Source: Candidatus Tremblayella phenacoccinincola (lineage in GTDB: Bacteria > Pseudomonadota > Gammaproteobacteria > Burkholderiales > Burkholderiaceae). Taken from it: 6,246 nt of DNA. The notes under the pieces were generated by a model. The model saw only the letters and a list, made by a program, of their open reading frames with translations, had not been told where the DNA came from and searched no databases. Made by a program: the position numbers and the translations under genes. The DNA is taken from assembly GCF_002682985.1 (NCBI RefSeq), contig NZ_MKGN01000018.1, forward strand, positions 1-6,246, given 5' to 3'. This document shows, in pieces, positions 5,127-6,246 of this stretch (the stretch's first letter is position 1; each line of letters begins with the position of its first letter).

Positions 5127-5163
5127 TATAGACTCTCTCTAGAAAATATATGATAGCTTGTAG

Positions 5164-5856
5164 TTATAGCAGCCTACCTATTGTAATACGTTCATTACTA
5201 TAGTCTTTTATTGAATGAACACCTTTAAAAGATAAGCTTAATATAAAAGCTCTAACTATAGATCCTTGGTTATATCCATGTTCTAGTAATAGCCAACCTC
5301 CGTAGGTTAAAAAGAATACAGAGCTTAGACATATGTTAAATAGGCTTTGTAAACCATTATTAGAAGAAGCTAAAGAAATGGTTGGCTCAATAGGTAGGCT
5401 TCCTTTATTTAAATGGAGATCCTTTATACTAATATAAGGTGGGTTGCTAATAATTAGTCCATATCTTTTTAAATATAAAGACCTAAACCAGCTACTATAT
5501 ATATAGTTAACAGCTTTTAATTCTTTTAGCCCTAAGCTATATGCATTATAGTTGGCTATTGTTAAAGCAGTTAAAGAAAGGTCTGTTCCGATAGATATCC
5601 AGCTAGTTCTTTCATATACTAACCTTAAAACAATAGTACCACTTCCAGTTCCTAAGTCAAGTACATTTAGTTTATTATTAGGTAATAATATTAATGCTTG
5701 TTCTATTAAACAAACAGTATCAAGTCTTGGCATAAAAGCAGCTTTGGATATCTTTAGAGTTAAGTCCCATATATCTATTGGTTGTTCTATATTGGTTCTT
5801 AATATAAGTTCATTTAGGAATATGTATTCGTTAGAGCTTCTATAAGCATTCATCAT
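5164..5856 (-). CDS. prmC: Release-factor glutamine N5-methyltransferase (HemK/PrmC), N-terminally shortened
   Basis: A 230-aa ORF with the SAM motif VLDLGTGSG and the catalytic IISNPPYI, plus [10 protein letters not shown] and [11 protein letters not shown]. It lies immediately downstream of prfA and overlaps it by 17 nt, the classical prfA-prmC pairing. Confidence 0.9.
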   Translation of the reverse strand: MMNAYRSSNEYIFLNELILRTNIEQPIDIWDLTLKISKAAFMPRLDTVCLIEQALILLPNNKLNVLDLGTGSGTIVLRLVYERTSWISIGTDLSLTALTIANYNAYSLGLKELKAVNYIYSSWFRSLYLKRYGLIISNPPYISIKDLHLNKGSLPIEPTISLASSNNGLQSLFNICLSSVFFLTYGGWLLLEHGYNQGSIVRAFILSLSFKGVHSIKDYSNERITIGRLL

Positions 5857-6246
5857 AATAATATCTATTTAAGATTGGATGTATAAGTAAGTCTAAGTCT
5901 CCATTTAGAACCTCATTTAGCTTATATATAGTGAACTCTATTCTATGGTCTGTTATACGACATTGTTGATAGCTATATGTTCTTATTCGGTCAGACCTGT
6001 AGCCTGTGCCTAATAGGGTTTTCTTAACTAAAGACTCTTCTTTATGTTTACGTTTTAATTCGAAGTTAGTTAACCTAGCATTTAATATTACCAAAGCTTT
6101 GGATTTATTTCTATGTTGAGACCTTTCATCTTGGCACTCGACTACTATGCCAGTTGGTAAGTGTGTTATCCTAACAGCTGACTCTGTTTTATTAACATGC
6201 TGTCCTCCAGCCCCTGAAGAACGAAATGTGTCTATTCTTAGGTCAG
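5840..6246 (-). CDS. prfA: Peptide chain release factor 1, C-terminal part (5' end lies beyond the window)
   Basis: The frame is open to the window edge; the ORF-track start at 6094 is an internal TTG. Translating 6244 downwards gives [58 protein letters not shown]...[41 protein letters not shown]. The GGQ motif is present and the tail is RF1-type rather than RF2-type. Compare E. coli RF1 [41 protein letters not shown]. Confidence 0.93.
   Translation of the reverse strand, partial: DLRIDTFRSSGAGGQHVNKTESAVRITHLPTGIVVECQDERSQHRNKSKALVILNARLTNFELKRKHKEESLVKKTLLGTGYRSDRIRTYSYQQCRITDHRIEFTIYKLNEVLNGDLDLLIHPILNRYYYDECL

Noticed and set aside
5552-5845. 97-aa plus-strand ORF inside prmC
   Set aside because: It is antisense to the conserved methyltransferase core (DLGTGSG region), with no motif or SD. 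It is probably a shadow ORF.
5840-6094. 84-aa ORF taken as a stand-alone gene
   Set aside because: The frame continues open to the window edge and encodes the GGQ region of RF1. The TTG at 6094 is an internal Leu codon.
1-6246. Alternative genetic code (UGA = Trp), as in some tiny AT-rich symbionts
   Set aside because: TGA is the stop of hisF at the conserved end, tRNA-Trp has anticodon CCA, and no ORF requires TGA read-through.
1-6246. Mobile elements, CRISPR arrays, defence or toxin-antitoxin systems, or novel unassigned genes
   Set aside because: Every long ORF is assignable to a housekeeping or biosynthetic family. There are no spaced repeat arrays, terminal inverted repeats, or transposase- or integrase-like translations. 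The intergenic space totals only about 400 bp.

Overview
This is a gene-dense, AT-rich window, about 30% G+C from spot counts of a few lines rather than a full count. The gene architecture is Enterobacterales-like: long-form hisG, fused hisB, an E. coli-like cysG C-terminus, a prfA-prmC pair and a tRNA-Asp/tRNA-Trp pair. The proteins are very diverged and rich in Ile, Tyr, Asn and Lys. This looks like a strongly reduced gammaproteobacterial genome, most plausibly an obligate nutritional endosymbiont; the species cannot be identified from here. The plus strand carries the 3' end of cysG (1-396). The minus strand carries one co-directional array of about 5.7 kb: prfA (partial) - prmC - hisG - hisB - hisH - hisA - hisF - hisI - tRNA-Asp - tRNA-Trp. 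CDSs in the array overlap or are separated by 37 bp or less. The genetic code is standard: TGA is used as a stop and tRNA-Trp has anticodon CCA. I found no mobile element, CRISPR array, defence or toxin gene, or unassignable long ORF, so I do not claim a novel gene system. The part worth a second look is the erosion of the histidine pathway. hisD and hisC are absent, with hisG 27 bp from hisB. The phosphatase half of HisB has lost its catalytic motifs but is still an open frame. hisI has lost its hisE half, and a decayed in-frame remnant seems to follow it. HisG lacks the end of its regulatory domain, and there is no hisL attenuator. Together these suggest a deregulated histidine module that ends at imidazole-acetol phosphate and depends on genes elsewhere, in the same genome or a co-symbiont. 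The spacer between cysG and tRNA-Trp also holds what looks like a roughly 35-codon relic of argH with its SD and ATG intact. The two tRNA genes are 3 nt apart and neither encodes a CCA end.
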